32,000 nucleotides of DNA. Source: an uncultured Actinomycetes bacterium. GTDB taxonomy: Bacteria; Actinomycetota; Actinomycetes; S36-B12; CAIYMF01. Shown piece by piece: positions 1-8,014 of the stretch. The DNA is taken from positions 1,380,001 through 1,412,000 of the forward strand of contig CAWJMG010000001.1 of assembly GCA_963843975.1 (NCBI GenBank), read 5' to 3'. The translations under genes and the position numbers were made by a program. How positions within the stretch are numbered: position 1 is the first letter of the stretch; each line of letters opens with the position of its first letter. Under the pieces are notes generated by a model that saw only the letters and a list, made by a program, of their open reading frames with translations, did no database searches and was not told the DNA's origin.

Positions 1-205
1 CGGGCTGCGGTCGGCCGGACATGAACGACTCGATCCACGCCAGGTGGCGCACGATGTCGCCCGCGCTCCAGCCGGGGCACTCCGTCGGCGCCACCCACTG
101 CTCGGGCGACAGCCGGCGTCCGAGCTCGACGACCGTGTGCAGGGCGCCGTTCCACGCCTCGAGCAGCTCGCGCACGCCGTACGACTCTGCCGCCATCTCG
201 CTCAT
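1..205 (-). CDS. DinB-like / mycothiol-dependent maleylpyruvate-isomerase-family (MDMPI_N, TIGR03083-like) protein, N-terminal part only; gene runs off the left edge
   Basis: Hand translation of the minus strand from ATG (complement of 203-205) gives MSEMAAESYGVRELLEAWNGALHTVVELGRRLSPEQWVAPTECPGWSAGDIVRHLAWIESFMSGRPQP, open to the window edge. The PGWSAGDIVRHL segment matches the family W-x-x-x-D-[IV]-x-x-H-L hallmark. It is absent from the ORF track because no stop lies in the window. The alternative ATG (complement of 194-196) is better spaced from a GGAG. Confidence 0.55.
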   Translation of the reverse strand, partial: MSEMAAESYGVRELLEAWNGALHTVVELGRRLSPEQWVAPTECPGWSAGDIVRHLAWIESFMSGRPQP

Positions 206-264
206 GCTCCTGAGGCTAGACGCGGGGCTGCGGACGCGGGGAGCGTTCGGGGCAGGATGGGCGC

Positions 265-1686
265 GTGACCCTCACGGCGCACTGGGTGCGCGGCTGGCTC
301 GAGCGGCCGGACGACGTCGTGCTCGTCGACGGCGGCGACGGCTGGACCCTCACGGGCGATGCGATCGAGTCCGCCACGCGCGAGCTCGCCGGGCGGCTGG
401 CAGCAGCAGGCGTGCAGCCGGGCGACCGCGTGCTGCTGTCGCGGGCGCCGTCCGTCGAGACCGTGCTCGCGTACGTCGCGATCCTGCGCCTCGGCGCGGT
501 GGTCGTCCCGGCGAACACGGCGTACACCGCGCGCGAGCTCGCGCACATCGTGGGCGACGTGCGGCCGGTGCTCGCCCTCGTCGACGACGCGGCACGGGTG
601 GACGGCGTCCCCGCCGTCGACGGTCGGCTCGACGCGCTGCCATCGGCCGTCGAGGTCGTGCTCGACGCATCGGGCGGCGACGACCTCGCGATGGTGGCGT
701 ACACGAGCGGCACGACCGGGCAGCCCAAGGGCGCGATGCTCACCCACGCCAACCTCCTCGGCGGGGCGCAGGCGCTCGTGCAGGCCTGGGGCTGGACGAG
801 CGCCGACCGGCTGCTGCACACGCTGCCGCTGTTCCACATGCACGGCCTCGGCGCCGGCCTCAACGGCTCGTTCACGGCCGGCGCGTCGGTCGTGCTCGCG
901 CGGTTCGACCCGGCGCTCGTGATCGAGACAGCAGCGGCGTACGGCGCGACGCTCTACTTCGGCGTGCCGACGATGTACGCCAAGCTCGCCGAGGCCGGTC
1001 GGCTCGACGGCCTGCGCGGGTTGCGGCTTCTCGTGTCGGGCTCCGCACCGCTCGACCCGGGGCTGTTCGCGCGCATCGCAGCGGAGGCGGGTCAGCCGCC
1101 GGTCGAGCGGTACGGCATGACCGAGACCGTGATGCTGACCTCCAACGGCCTCGACGACCGAGTGCCCGGCTGCGTCGGCCGTGCGCTGCCGGGTGTGGAG
1201 GTGCGGCTCGGGGAGGGCGGGGCGGTGGAGGTCAACGGCCCCAACGTCTTCCGCGGCTACTGGGAGCGGCCCGAGGCCACGGCCGACGCGTTCACCGACG
1301 ATGGCTTCTTCCGCACCGGCGACATCGGGACGCTCGACGACGACGGTCGCCTGCGGCTCGTCGGCCGTGCGAGCGAGCTCATCATCACCGGCGGCTACAA
1401 CGTCTACCCGCGCGAGGTCGAGGACGTGCTGCGCGAGCACGAGTCGGTCGCGGACGTCGCCGTCGTGGGCCTTCCCGACCCGACCTGGGGCGAGACGGTC
1501 GTCGCGTTCGTTGTGCCGTCGGCGCCCGGGGCGTGCGACGCCGAGGTGCTCGCCGCGCACGCCGCAGCAGGGCTCGCGGCGTACAAGGCCCCGCGCACCT
1601 GGCACGTCGTCGACGAGCTGCCGCGCAACGCGATGGGCAAGGTCCAGCGCGACGTCCTGCGCGAGCGTGCCACCCCCACCCGCTGA
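265..1686 (+). CDS. AMP-dependent synthetase/ligase (acyl-CoA or malonyl-CoA synthetase-like, ANL superfamily)
   Basis: 473-aa ORF with a GTG start and AGGA about 7 nt upstream. ANL motifs are YTSGTTGQPKG, GYNVYPREVE and the C-terminal GKVQR lysine. GC3 is high throughout. Confidence 0.9.
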   Translation: MTLTAHWVRGWLERPDDVVLVDGGDGWTLTGDAIESATRELAGRLAAAGVQPGDRVLLSRAPSVETVLAYVAILRLGAVVVPANTAYTARELAHIVGDVRPVLALVDDAARVDGVPAVDGRLDALPSAVEVVLDASGGDDLAMVAYTSGTTGQPKGAMLTHANLLGGAQALVQAWGWTSADRLLHTLPLFHMHGLGAGLNGSFTAGASVVLARFDPALVIETAAAYGATLYFGVPTMYAKLAEAGRLDGLRGLRLLVSGSAPLDPGLFARIAAEAGQPPVERYGMTETVMLTSNGLDDRVPGCVGRALPGVEVRLGEGGAVEVNGPNVFRGYWERPEATADAFTDDGFFRTGDIGTLDDDGRLRLVGRASELIITGGYNVYPREVEDVLREHESVADVAVVGLPDPTWGETVVAFVVPSAPGACDAEVLAAHAAAGLAAYKAPRTWHVVDELPRNAMGKVQRDVLRERATPTR

Positions 1687-1773
1687 GCCTGGCCAAACCG
1701 TCGTTACCCGAGCCGGGAAACGACGGATTGATCAGTGCGAGCGAGGGGGTGGGTGGGCTGGGATGATGCGCGC

Positions 1774-2547
1774 ATGACGCGTGTGGCCCTGGTGCAGCTC
1801 GACTCCTCCGACTCCGAGACCCCCGCCGACCGGCTCGAGCGGGCGGCCGGCATCGTCGAGGGGCTCGTCGACGTCGACCTCGCGGTGCTGCCCGAGCTCT
1901 GGCACGTCGGGGCGTTCGACCTCGAGGGCGCCAAGGCCGAGGCGCAGCCGATCGACGGCCTCGTCGTCACGCGCATGCGGGCCGCAGCGAAGGCGGCCGG
2001 CCTCACGCTGCACATGGGCTCGTTCGCCGAGGCGGCCGGCGGCAACCGCTACAACACCTCGGTCGTGATCGACGCGGACGGCGAGATCCTCGCGACGTAC
2101 CGAAAGCAGCACCTCTTCGGCTGGGAGGACGGCGAGCCCTCGGTCATGACCGCGGGCGACTCGCTCACCGTGCTGCCGACCGGGCTCGGCGCCACCGGCC
2201 TCGCGACCTGCTACGACCTGCGCTTCCCGGAGCTGTTCCGCCGCCTCCTCGACTCCGGTGCGGAGACGTTCCTGCTCGCCTCCGGCTGGCCGATCGCGCG
2301 CATCGAGCACTGGTCGATCCTCACCCGGGCCCGCGCGATCGAGGACCAGGCGTGGGTGGTCGCGTGCAACAGCGCAGGCACCCATGCCGGTGTGCAGATG
2401 GGCGGCCGCTCGGTCGTGGTCGACCCGCGCGGCGCGGTCGTGGCCGAGGCGGGAGCGGACGAGGAGATCCTCTACGCGGACGTCGATCCGGCCGCCGTGC
2501 GCGAGTGGCGGATGGCGTTCCCGGTGCTCGCCGACCGTCGCCTGTAG
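1774..2547 (+). CDS. Carbon-nitrogen hydrolase (nitrilase superfamily)
   Basis: ORF 1735..2547 trimmed to ATG 1774 (MTRVALVQLD...). The Glu-Lys-Cys triad contexts are LPELW, YRKQHLF and ATCYDLRFPE. Confidence 0.88.
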   Translation: MTRVALVQLDSSDSETPADRLERAAGIVEGLVDVDLAVLPELWHVGAFDLEGAKAEAQPIDGLVVTRMRAAAKAAGLTLHMGSFAEAAGGNRYNTSVVIDADGEILATYRKQHLFGWEDGEPSVMTAGDSLTVLPTGLGATGLATCYDLRFPELFRRLLDSGAETFLLASGWPIARIEHWSILTRARAIEDQAWVVACNSAGTHAGVQMGGRSVVVDPRGAVVAEAGADEEILYADVDPAAVREWRMAFPVLADRRL

Positions 2548-2610
2548 CCCGTCCGGCGGAACCCTCGGCCGCGTCGCTGGGGTTGGATGGGCGAAGGGGA
2601 GGGTGTCGTC

Positions 2611-3003
2611 ATGGGACTGCTGGACAGGTTCCGGCGCAGCAAGCTCGACGAGGTCGATCCGGACGAGCGCTCGCCGCAGCTGGGCATCAAGTACAAGGAC
2701 CTCATGGTCGTCGACCAGATGGTCAAGGCCGGTGCGGACCTCTCCGAGCCGCGTCACTGGATCTATTACCTCTACCTGCCGACCGAGCCGCTCGCGCAGG
2801 AGGCGGCTGCCGACGTGCGGGCCGCGGGCTACGAGGTCGAGGCCCGTCCTGCTGCCGGCGGCGCCGACGGCCAGTGGTGCGTCGTGGCTGAGCAGCACGA
2901 GGTCGTGTTCAGCGCCGATCTGCTCATCGACAGCGACAACCTGTTCCAGGGCCTCGCCGATCGGCTCGGCGGCGAGTACGACGGCTGGGAGGCCTCGGTC
3001 TAG
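2611..3003 (+). CDS. RraB-like (regulator of ribonuclease activity B family) protein
   Basis: ORF 2587..3003. ATG 2611 is preferred because GGGGAGGG lies 7 nt upstream. The C-terminal GGEYDGWEA resembles the EYDGWG end of E. coli RraB, and the RHWIYYLYLP segment is typical of the family. Confidence 0.7.
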   Translation: MGLLDRFRRSKLDEVDPDERSPQLGIKYKDLMVVDQMVKAGADLSEPRHWIYYLYLPTEPLAQEAAADVRAAGYEVEARPAAGGADGQWCVVAEQHEVVFSADLLIDSDNLFQGLADRLGGEYDGWEASV

Positions 3004-3566
3004 CGGCCGAAGTCGGTCACCTTCGCAGCCGCGCCGTGGCGGTCGTACGTCGTCCACTCGCGCACCTGGCGCCCGCGGTCGAACGTGCCGCTGCGCAGGA
3101 GCGAGCCGTCCTGCCGCCACCACAGCCAGTCGCCGTGCAGCTGGCCGTCCTTCATCCTGCCCTTGGCCTTGAGGCCGCCGTCGCCGTACAGGTCACGGGT
3201 GACGCCCTTGCCATCGGGCGTCATCCGCACCTCGTCGAGCCTCGCGCCGATCAGCTTCTTCACCAGCGGCTTCGGCAGGGTCGCCCCGGCCGGCACCTTG
3301 ACGGCGCCCTTGGAGGTCTCGTACGCCGCGAGCGCGTCGCCAAGAGTCGCGACGACCGAGCCCGAGTGCGGCAGGTACGACCAGTGCTTCGCCGATCCGG
3401 ACAGGCCGGCGACCGCGATGCCGTCGACCGTCCACGCGGGGGCGCCGTACGCGATGGCCTCCTCCGCCCGCGGCAGCAGGCTGCCGATCAGGGCGCGCAT
3501 GGCAGTGATGTTGCTGCGCTGGGGCTCGGGCTGCTGCGCGATGTACGCGTCGATCTCGCTCGCCAT
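3000..3566 (-). CDS. DUF1801 (YdhG-like) domain fused to MORN-variant repeats
   Basis: ORF 3000..3773 trimmed to ATG (complement of 3564-3566), giving MASEIDAYIAQQPEPQR... The N-terminal half looks DUF1801-like. The C-terminal half (DGKGVTRDLYGDGGLKAKGRMKDGQLHGDWLWWRQDGSLLRSGTFDRGRQVREWTTYDRHG) carries G-x-W-x-x-[WY] MORN-type repeats. The upstream part of the long ORF is Arg/Ser-rich with low GC3. Confidence 0.7.
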   Translation of the reverse strand: MASEIDAYIAQQPEPQRSNITAMRALIGSLLPRAEEAIAYGAPAWTVDGIAVAGLSGSAKHWSYLPHSGSVVATLGDALAAYETSKGAVKVPAGATLPKPLVKKLIGARLDEVRMTPDGKGVTRDLYGDGGLKAKGRMKDGQLHGDWLWWRQDGSLLRSGTFDRGRQVREWTTYDRHGAAAKVTDFGR

Positions 3567-3627
3567 GGCAGCGACGTTAGCGCCGTCGAAGCGCCCGGGA
3601 ACAGGGATCCGCCCAGTGGGGTTGGAT

Positions 3628-5500
3628 GTGCCTGTGACGACGCGTGCGCGGGTGCGGGCCCCGGAGCTGACCGGTCGCCAGGGATGGCTCAACACCGGTG
3701 GACGCGCGCTCGCGCTGGCCGACCTGCGCGGCAAGATCGTGCTCCTCGACTTCTGGACCTTCTGCTGCGTCAACTGCCTGCACGTGCTCGACGAGCTGCG
3801 GCCCCTCGAGGAGAAGTACGCCGACGTGCTCGTGACGGTCGGCGTCCACTCGCCGAAGTTCGTGCACGAGGCGGAGCACGCAGCGGTCGTGGCCGCGGTC
3901 GAGCGGTACGGCGTCCATCACCCAGTGCTCGACGACCCCGACCTCTCGACGTGGAAGCAGTACGCCGTCCGCGCGTGGCCCACGCTCACCGTCCTCGACC
4001 CCGAGGGCTACGTCGTCGCGCAGATGAGCGGCGAGGGCCATGCGCATGCTCTCGACACGCTGATCGCGCGAGCTTGTGGCCGAGCACGAGGCCCAGGGCA
4101 CGCTGCACCGGGGCGACGGGCCGTACGTGCCCCCGGCCCCGCGCGACGACCTGCTGTCGTTCCCGGGCAAGGCCCTCGTGCTCCGCGACGGCACGCTGCT
4201 CGTCAGCGACACGTCCCACCATTCGCTCGTGCACCTCGCCGCCGACGGCGAGACGCTGATCGCCCGGATCGGCTCGGGCACGCGGGGTCTCGTTGACGGC
4301 TCCGCGGCGGTCGCGCAGTTCTCCGAGCCCAACGGCCTGCTCCTCCTTCCCGCCGAGGTCGCCGAGCGGGTGGGGTACGACGTCGTCGTCGCCGACACGG
4401 TGAACCACGCGATCCGCGGCGTCGCCCTCGCCACGGGCGAGGTGCGCACGCTGGCAGGCACCGGGGCGCAGTGGATGCAGGGCGAGCCCACCGCGGGCGC
4501 GGGCGTCGACGTCGCGCTGTCGAGCCCGTGGGACGTCGCGTGGTTCGACGACGCCGTCGTCATCGCGATGGCGGGGGTCCACCGCGTCGACCGCCTCGAC
4601 CTCGCGACGGGCGAGGTCAGCGCCTACGCCGGCACCACCAACGAGGGCCTCGTCGACGGCGAGCTGACGCATGCGTGGTTCGCGCAGACTAGCGGCCTCG
4701 CGACGAGCGCCGACGGCACCACGCTCTGGATCGCCGACTCCGAGACGTCCGCGCTGCGCCGCGTGCGCAACGGCCTCGTCACCACCGAGATCGGTGCGGG
4801 CCTGTTCGACTTCGGCCACCGCGACGGCGCTGCCGAGCAGGCGCTGCTGCAGCACCCGCTCGGCGTGTGCGAGCTGCCCGACGGGTCGATCGCGATCGCC
4901 GACACCTACAACGGCGCGGTCCGCCGCTTCGACCCCGTTACTCGCGAGGTCTCCACTCTCGCAACGGGCCTCGCCGAGCCGAGCGACGTGGTCGTGGTCG
5001 CCGACGACACGCGTGGGCACGTGCTGCTCGTGGTGGAGTCGGCGGCCCACCGGCTCGTGCGCGTGGTGCTGCCCGAGGAGGCGCTGCGCGTCGAGGGCAC
5101 GGCGTACCGCACGCAGCGTCCCCCCACTGAGGTCGCCCCGGGAGCGCTCGACCTCGAGGTGCTCTTCACGCCCCCCGCGGGGCAGAAGCTCGACGACCGC
5201 TACGGGCCGTCGACGTACCTCGTGGTCTCGTCGTCGCCGCCGTCGCTCCTGCTCGACGGCGCCGGCAACGGCACCGACCTCCGTCGGACATTGGTGCTCG
5301 CGGATCCTGAGTCGACCGGCGTGGACTCCGGTGTGCTGCACGTGTCGGTCCGTGCGGCGTCCTGCGACGATCCCGACGCGCCGGGTGCGGCGGAGTTCCC
5401 GGCATGCCACGTGCATCAGCAGGACTGGGGCGTGCCTGTGCGCGTCACGGCCGAGGGTGCGCAGCGCCTCACGCTCGTGCTCGCCGGCCTCGACGCCTAG
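3628..5500 (+). pseudogene. Thioredoxin-fold (TlpA/AhpC-TSA-like, CCVNC) plus NHL-repeat beta-propeller protein, reading frame broken by one extra base near 4069
   Basis: Frame 1 encodes ...GKIVLLDFWTFCCVNCLHVLDELRPLEEKY...TLTVLDPEGYVVAQMSGEGHAHALDTLIA. Frame 2, from 4070, continues ELVAEHEAQGTLHRGDGPYVPP... followed by repeated NHL-like blades. The length of 1873 nt equals 3n+1. The start is uncertain (GTG 3628, 3634 or 3652). The in-frame ATG 3565 was rejected because GC3 is low downstream of it. Confidence 0.8.
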
Positions 5501-5527
5501 CGCGTCGGCGTCCGCCACACTGGCGCC

Positions 5528-6034
5528 ATGGACGACTCCATCGCCGCACCTGAGCCGAGCGAGCTGAGGATCGAGGTGGCGCGCGAGGGCGTCACGATGG
5601 CGCTGTACCAGAGCCTGTCGATCCTCGCGGTGCTGCTCGCGACGCCCACGCCCCGAGCCGACGGCGCGAACGTCCGCGTCGCCGTCACGGTGTTCCTCAC
5701 CGGCCTCGGCCTGCTTGCGGCACACCACGTGGCCTTCCGTCTCTCCAGCCGCCTCGTCAACCAGGGCCTGCTCAGCGACGTCAGCGTCTCGCTGCTGAGG
5801 GCGCAGGCGCTGGGCGGGCTGCCGATCGTCGTCGGCGCGGCCATCCCACCGCTGCTGCTCGGCGCCGCGCTCGGCACCACAGTGAGCGAGGTGCTGCTTC
5901 TCGTGCTGGTCGCCCTCGTCGGCTACCGGGCAGTGCGCCCCGCGCGTGACCGGCGTCAGGCACTGGGCTACCTCGCGGGCCTCGTGGTGGTCGTCGGCCT
6001 GCTCATGGTGCTCAAGACCAGCGTCGGCCACTGA
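5528..6034 (+). CDS. Hypothetical integral membrane protein (about 4 hydrophobic segments)
   Basis: 168-aa ORF with consistently high GC3 and long hydrophobic stretches (LSILAVLLATP, VTVFLTGLGLLAAH, LPIVVGAAIPPLLLGAALG, LLLVLVALVGY, LAGLVVVVGLLMVL). No family recognised. Confidence 0.6.
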   Translation: MDDSIAAPEPSELRIEVAREGVTMALYQSLSILAVLLATPTPRADGANVRVAVTVFLTGLGLLAAHHVAFRLSSRLVNQGLLSDVSVSLLRAQALGGLPIVVGAAIPPLLLGAALGTTVSEVLLLVLVALVGYRAVRPARDRRQALGYLAGLVVVVGLLMVLKTSVGH

Positions 6035-6113
6035 CGCAGAATTGCCGTACGCCGCCCCGCGTCGGCTGGGCCCGCGCGCCGACCAGGCCGAGATCACGAA
6101 TCTGGGCGGGATC

Positions 6114-6172
6114 CGTGCAGTTGAACTGCCGATTGCTTCCCTTAGGGCAGAAACCTGCAGTTCAACTGCACG
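6114..6172. repeat. 59-nt near-perfect palindrome (long hairpin) in a convergent intergenic gap; candidate bidirectional terminator or operator pair
   Basis: The palindrome is centred on T6143. The outer 16 bp pair perfectly (6114-6129 with 6157-6172). The inner part pairs with 4 mismatches and ends in CCCT-T-AGGG. Each arm contains the self-palindromic TGCAGTT-S-AACTGC(A). The region is AT-richer than its surroundings. Confidence 0.55.
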
Positions 6173-6199
6173 TGTGCTGCCCGGACTACGTGGTCGGGG

Positions 6200-7951
6200 C
6201 TACTCGATCGGCAGGGTGAGGATCAGGGTGGTCAGGCGGTCGGTATCGGCGGGGGTCCAGTTAGGGGGCTGGGTGACGTCGGCCCAGACGGCGGGCATCG
6301 AGCCGCCGTAGTTGTGGCCCTCGCCGTCGGGGACCGAGACGCCCATGAACTGGTCGACCGTCACCTGCAGGAACGTGATGATCGGGTACCAGTGCATGTC
6401 GGGGCTGCGGCCCGGGCCGGGCGGCTCCATCAGCCAGTCGGGCTGCTGGAACAGAAGCGCCGGGCTCCACCACACCACCGAGTCGTTCGCGTGCTGGACG
6501 TACGCCACGCGCGGCGATGTCCACTCGGCGGCAGGTTTCGCGAGGTCGGCCGCCTCACCGGCGTACCGGATCGTCTTCCCTCCCTGGTAGACCGGCTGCC
6601 ACTGGGGGCTGCCCGCGTCGCGGTCCGCGGCGATCTGGCCCCACGGCTGGCTGAAGTTCGGTGTGCCGACGAAGATCGCACCGTCGGTGCGGGCGGACAT
6701 GTCTGCCGCGTCGGAGAACGCCGACTGAAGCGAGAACGACCCGAGCGAGAGCCCGTAGGCGAAGAGCTTGGGTCGCTTGCCCTCGGGCAGCGACGACCAC
6801 TTGGCGTAGACCGCGTCGAACACGGCAGTGCCGGCCTCGGTGGCCTTGTCGACGTCGACGAGGGTCGAGATCCACGAGGGCAGGTAGGAGTACTGGATGC
6901 CGACGATCGCGCTGTCGCCGTTCCACTCGTACTCGAACGTGTTCACCGTCTGCGGCTCGAGCCAGCCGGTGCCGGTGGTGCCGGCGACGACGAGCGCGGC
7001 GCGGTCGAAGGCGCCCGTGCGCTCGAGCTCCTGCACGGCGAGGTCGGCGCGCGCCTTCGCGTCGGCCGCGGAGTCGAGGCCGACGTACACGCGGATCGGC
7101 TCCTGGGCCTCACGGCCGGAGAACTCCGTGAGGTCGCCGGGGCGCGGGCCGCGCGCGACGAAGTTGCGCCCCTCCATGCCGAGGGTGTCCCACGCGACGA
7201 GCGAGTCGGGCGACCCCGACCGCTCGGGCACCTGGGGCTGGGCGATGCCCGGCTGGGTGCTCGCGTTGGTGCCCTCGTAGATGTTGTTCATGAGCGCCGA
7301 GAAGCCCTTGAACAGGACGTCGGTGACCGCGAGGTAGATGACGAGTGCGACGACGAGCACCGCGAGCGAGAAGGCGAACGGCGCCGGGATCCAGCGCGAG
7401 AGGTGGCGGCTGACCCACCGGTTGGCCCGGCGCAGCCCTCGACCGGCGAGGACGCCGAGCACGGCGAACACGAGCGCGACGACGCCGACGACGACCGCGA
7501 CCCCGTAGCCCTCGTCCTCGAAGCCGACCGCCTCGCGAACTCCGTTCTGCGCAACGGTGCCGGCGATGAGGTTGACGGCGATGAGCACCGGCGCCCAGAC
7601 GGCGAGAACGCGCCAGGCCCAGGTCTTGACCGTCGCCGACCGCTCGCGCAGCGGGGTGGACCGAATCGCCCAGCTGATGAGGCAGCCGAGGCCGTAGCCG
7701 AGCGCAGCGCCGAGGCCGGCGATGACGCCCTCGAAGATCCAGGGTCGGGGCAGCAGTGACGGCGTCAGTGCCCACCCGAAGGTGGTGACGGCGAAGAACA
7801 CGCCGAGGAAGTTGAGGCGCTTCCACCACGGGCGGCGCTGCGCTCCCGACGTGGGTTCAACGGTTCCGTCGGCGCTGCCGGCGCCGTCGGGTGCGGGGGG
7901 CGCCTCGGGCGCGTTGCTCGTCACGGGGGTGAGCCTAGGCCGAGACGCCAT
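6200..7951 (-). CDS. Membrane-anchored alpha/beta-hydrolase family protein (Abhydrolase_9-like)
   Basis: 583-aa ORF. The N-terminal third has several hydrophobic segments. The C-terminal domain has a GLSLGS nucleophile elbow (G-x-S-x-G). The architecture is typical of actinobacterial Abhydrolase_9 proteins. Confidence 0.8.
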   Translation of the reverse strand: MASRPRLTPVTSNAPEAPPAPDGAGSADGTVEPTSGAQRRPWWKRLNFLGVFFAVTTFGWALTPSLLPRPWIFEGVIAGLGAALGYGLGCLISWAIRSTPLRERSATVKTWAWRVLAVWAPVLIAVNLIAGTVAQNGVREAVGFEDEGYGVAVVVGVVALVFAVLGVLAGRGLRRANRWVSRHLSRWIPAPFAFSLAVLVVALVIYLAVTDVLFKGFSALMNNIYEGTNASTQPGIAQPQVPERSGSPDSLVAWDTLGMEGRNFVARGPRPGDLTEFSGREAQEPIRVYVGLDSAADAKARADLAVQELERTGAFDRAALVVAGTTGTGWLEPQTVNTFEYEWNGDSAIVGIQYSYLPSWISTLVDVDKATEAGTAVFDAVYAKWSSLPEGKRPKLFAYGLSLGSFSLQSAFSDAADMSARTDGAIFVGTPNFSQPWGQIAADRDAGSPQWQPVYQGGKTIRYAGEAADLAKPAAEWTSPRVAYVQHANDSVVWWSPALLFQQPDWLMEPPGPGRSPDMHWYPIITFLQVTVDQFMGVSVPDGEGHNYGGSMPAVWADVTQPPNWTPADTDRLTTLILTLPIE

Positions 7952-8014
7952 CGGGCCAGGGAGGATCCGGCCGCATGCCGGGACGACGACCGGCGGCGGC
8001 AGTGCGGGAGACGG

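Noticed and set aside
219-241. The direct repeat GACGCGGGG occurs twice, 14 bp apart, in the divergent region upstream of the acyl-CoA synthetase.
   Set aside because: It is short and GC-rich, so easily produced by chance in this composition, and there is no supporting symmetry or recurrence elsewhere in the window.
21-1766. Many long ORFs in the track are very Arg/Pro/Ala/Gly-rich, for example 21..1766 (+), 202..1605 (-), 1732..3123 (-), 3986..6097 (-), 6314..7759 (+), 7935..9224 (-), 11640..12989 (-), 13150..14856 (+), 14817..17012 (+), 25797..26963 (-) and 29200..31269 (-).
   Set aside because: They lie antisense or out of frame to genes with clear family motifs and have low-complexity composition with no recognisable domains. 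These are the expected stop-codon-poor shadow ORFs of a very GC-rich genome.
3000-3003. Convergent genes share a CTAG so that both stop codons overlap.
   Set aside because: It is real in the sequence, but such 4-nt convergent overlaps are common in compact GC-rich genomes and need no special explanation.
3564-3567. ATG 3565 was considered as the start of the thioredoxin-NHL gene. It would overlap the divergent gene's start codon in CCATGG.
   Set aside because: Codons between 3565 and 3627 often end in A or T (GCA, TTA, GGA, ACA, CCA, GAT), unlike coding DNA here. That start would also leave no intergenic promoter space. GTG 3628-3652 is preferred.
3566-3773. N-terminal extensions are implied by the ORF track for several genes: 3000..3773, 15547..17067, 18096..19307, 20857..21723, 27279..28334 and 1735..2547.
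   Set aside because: The extensions are compositionally junk-like or use rare codons. Internal starts with Shine-Dalgarno sequences coincide with where family homology begins.
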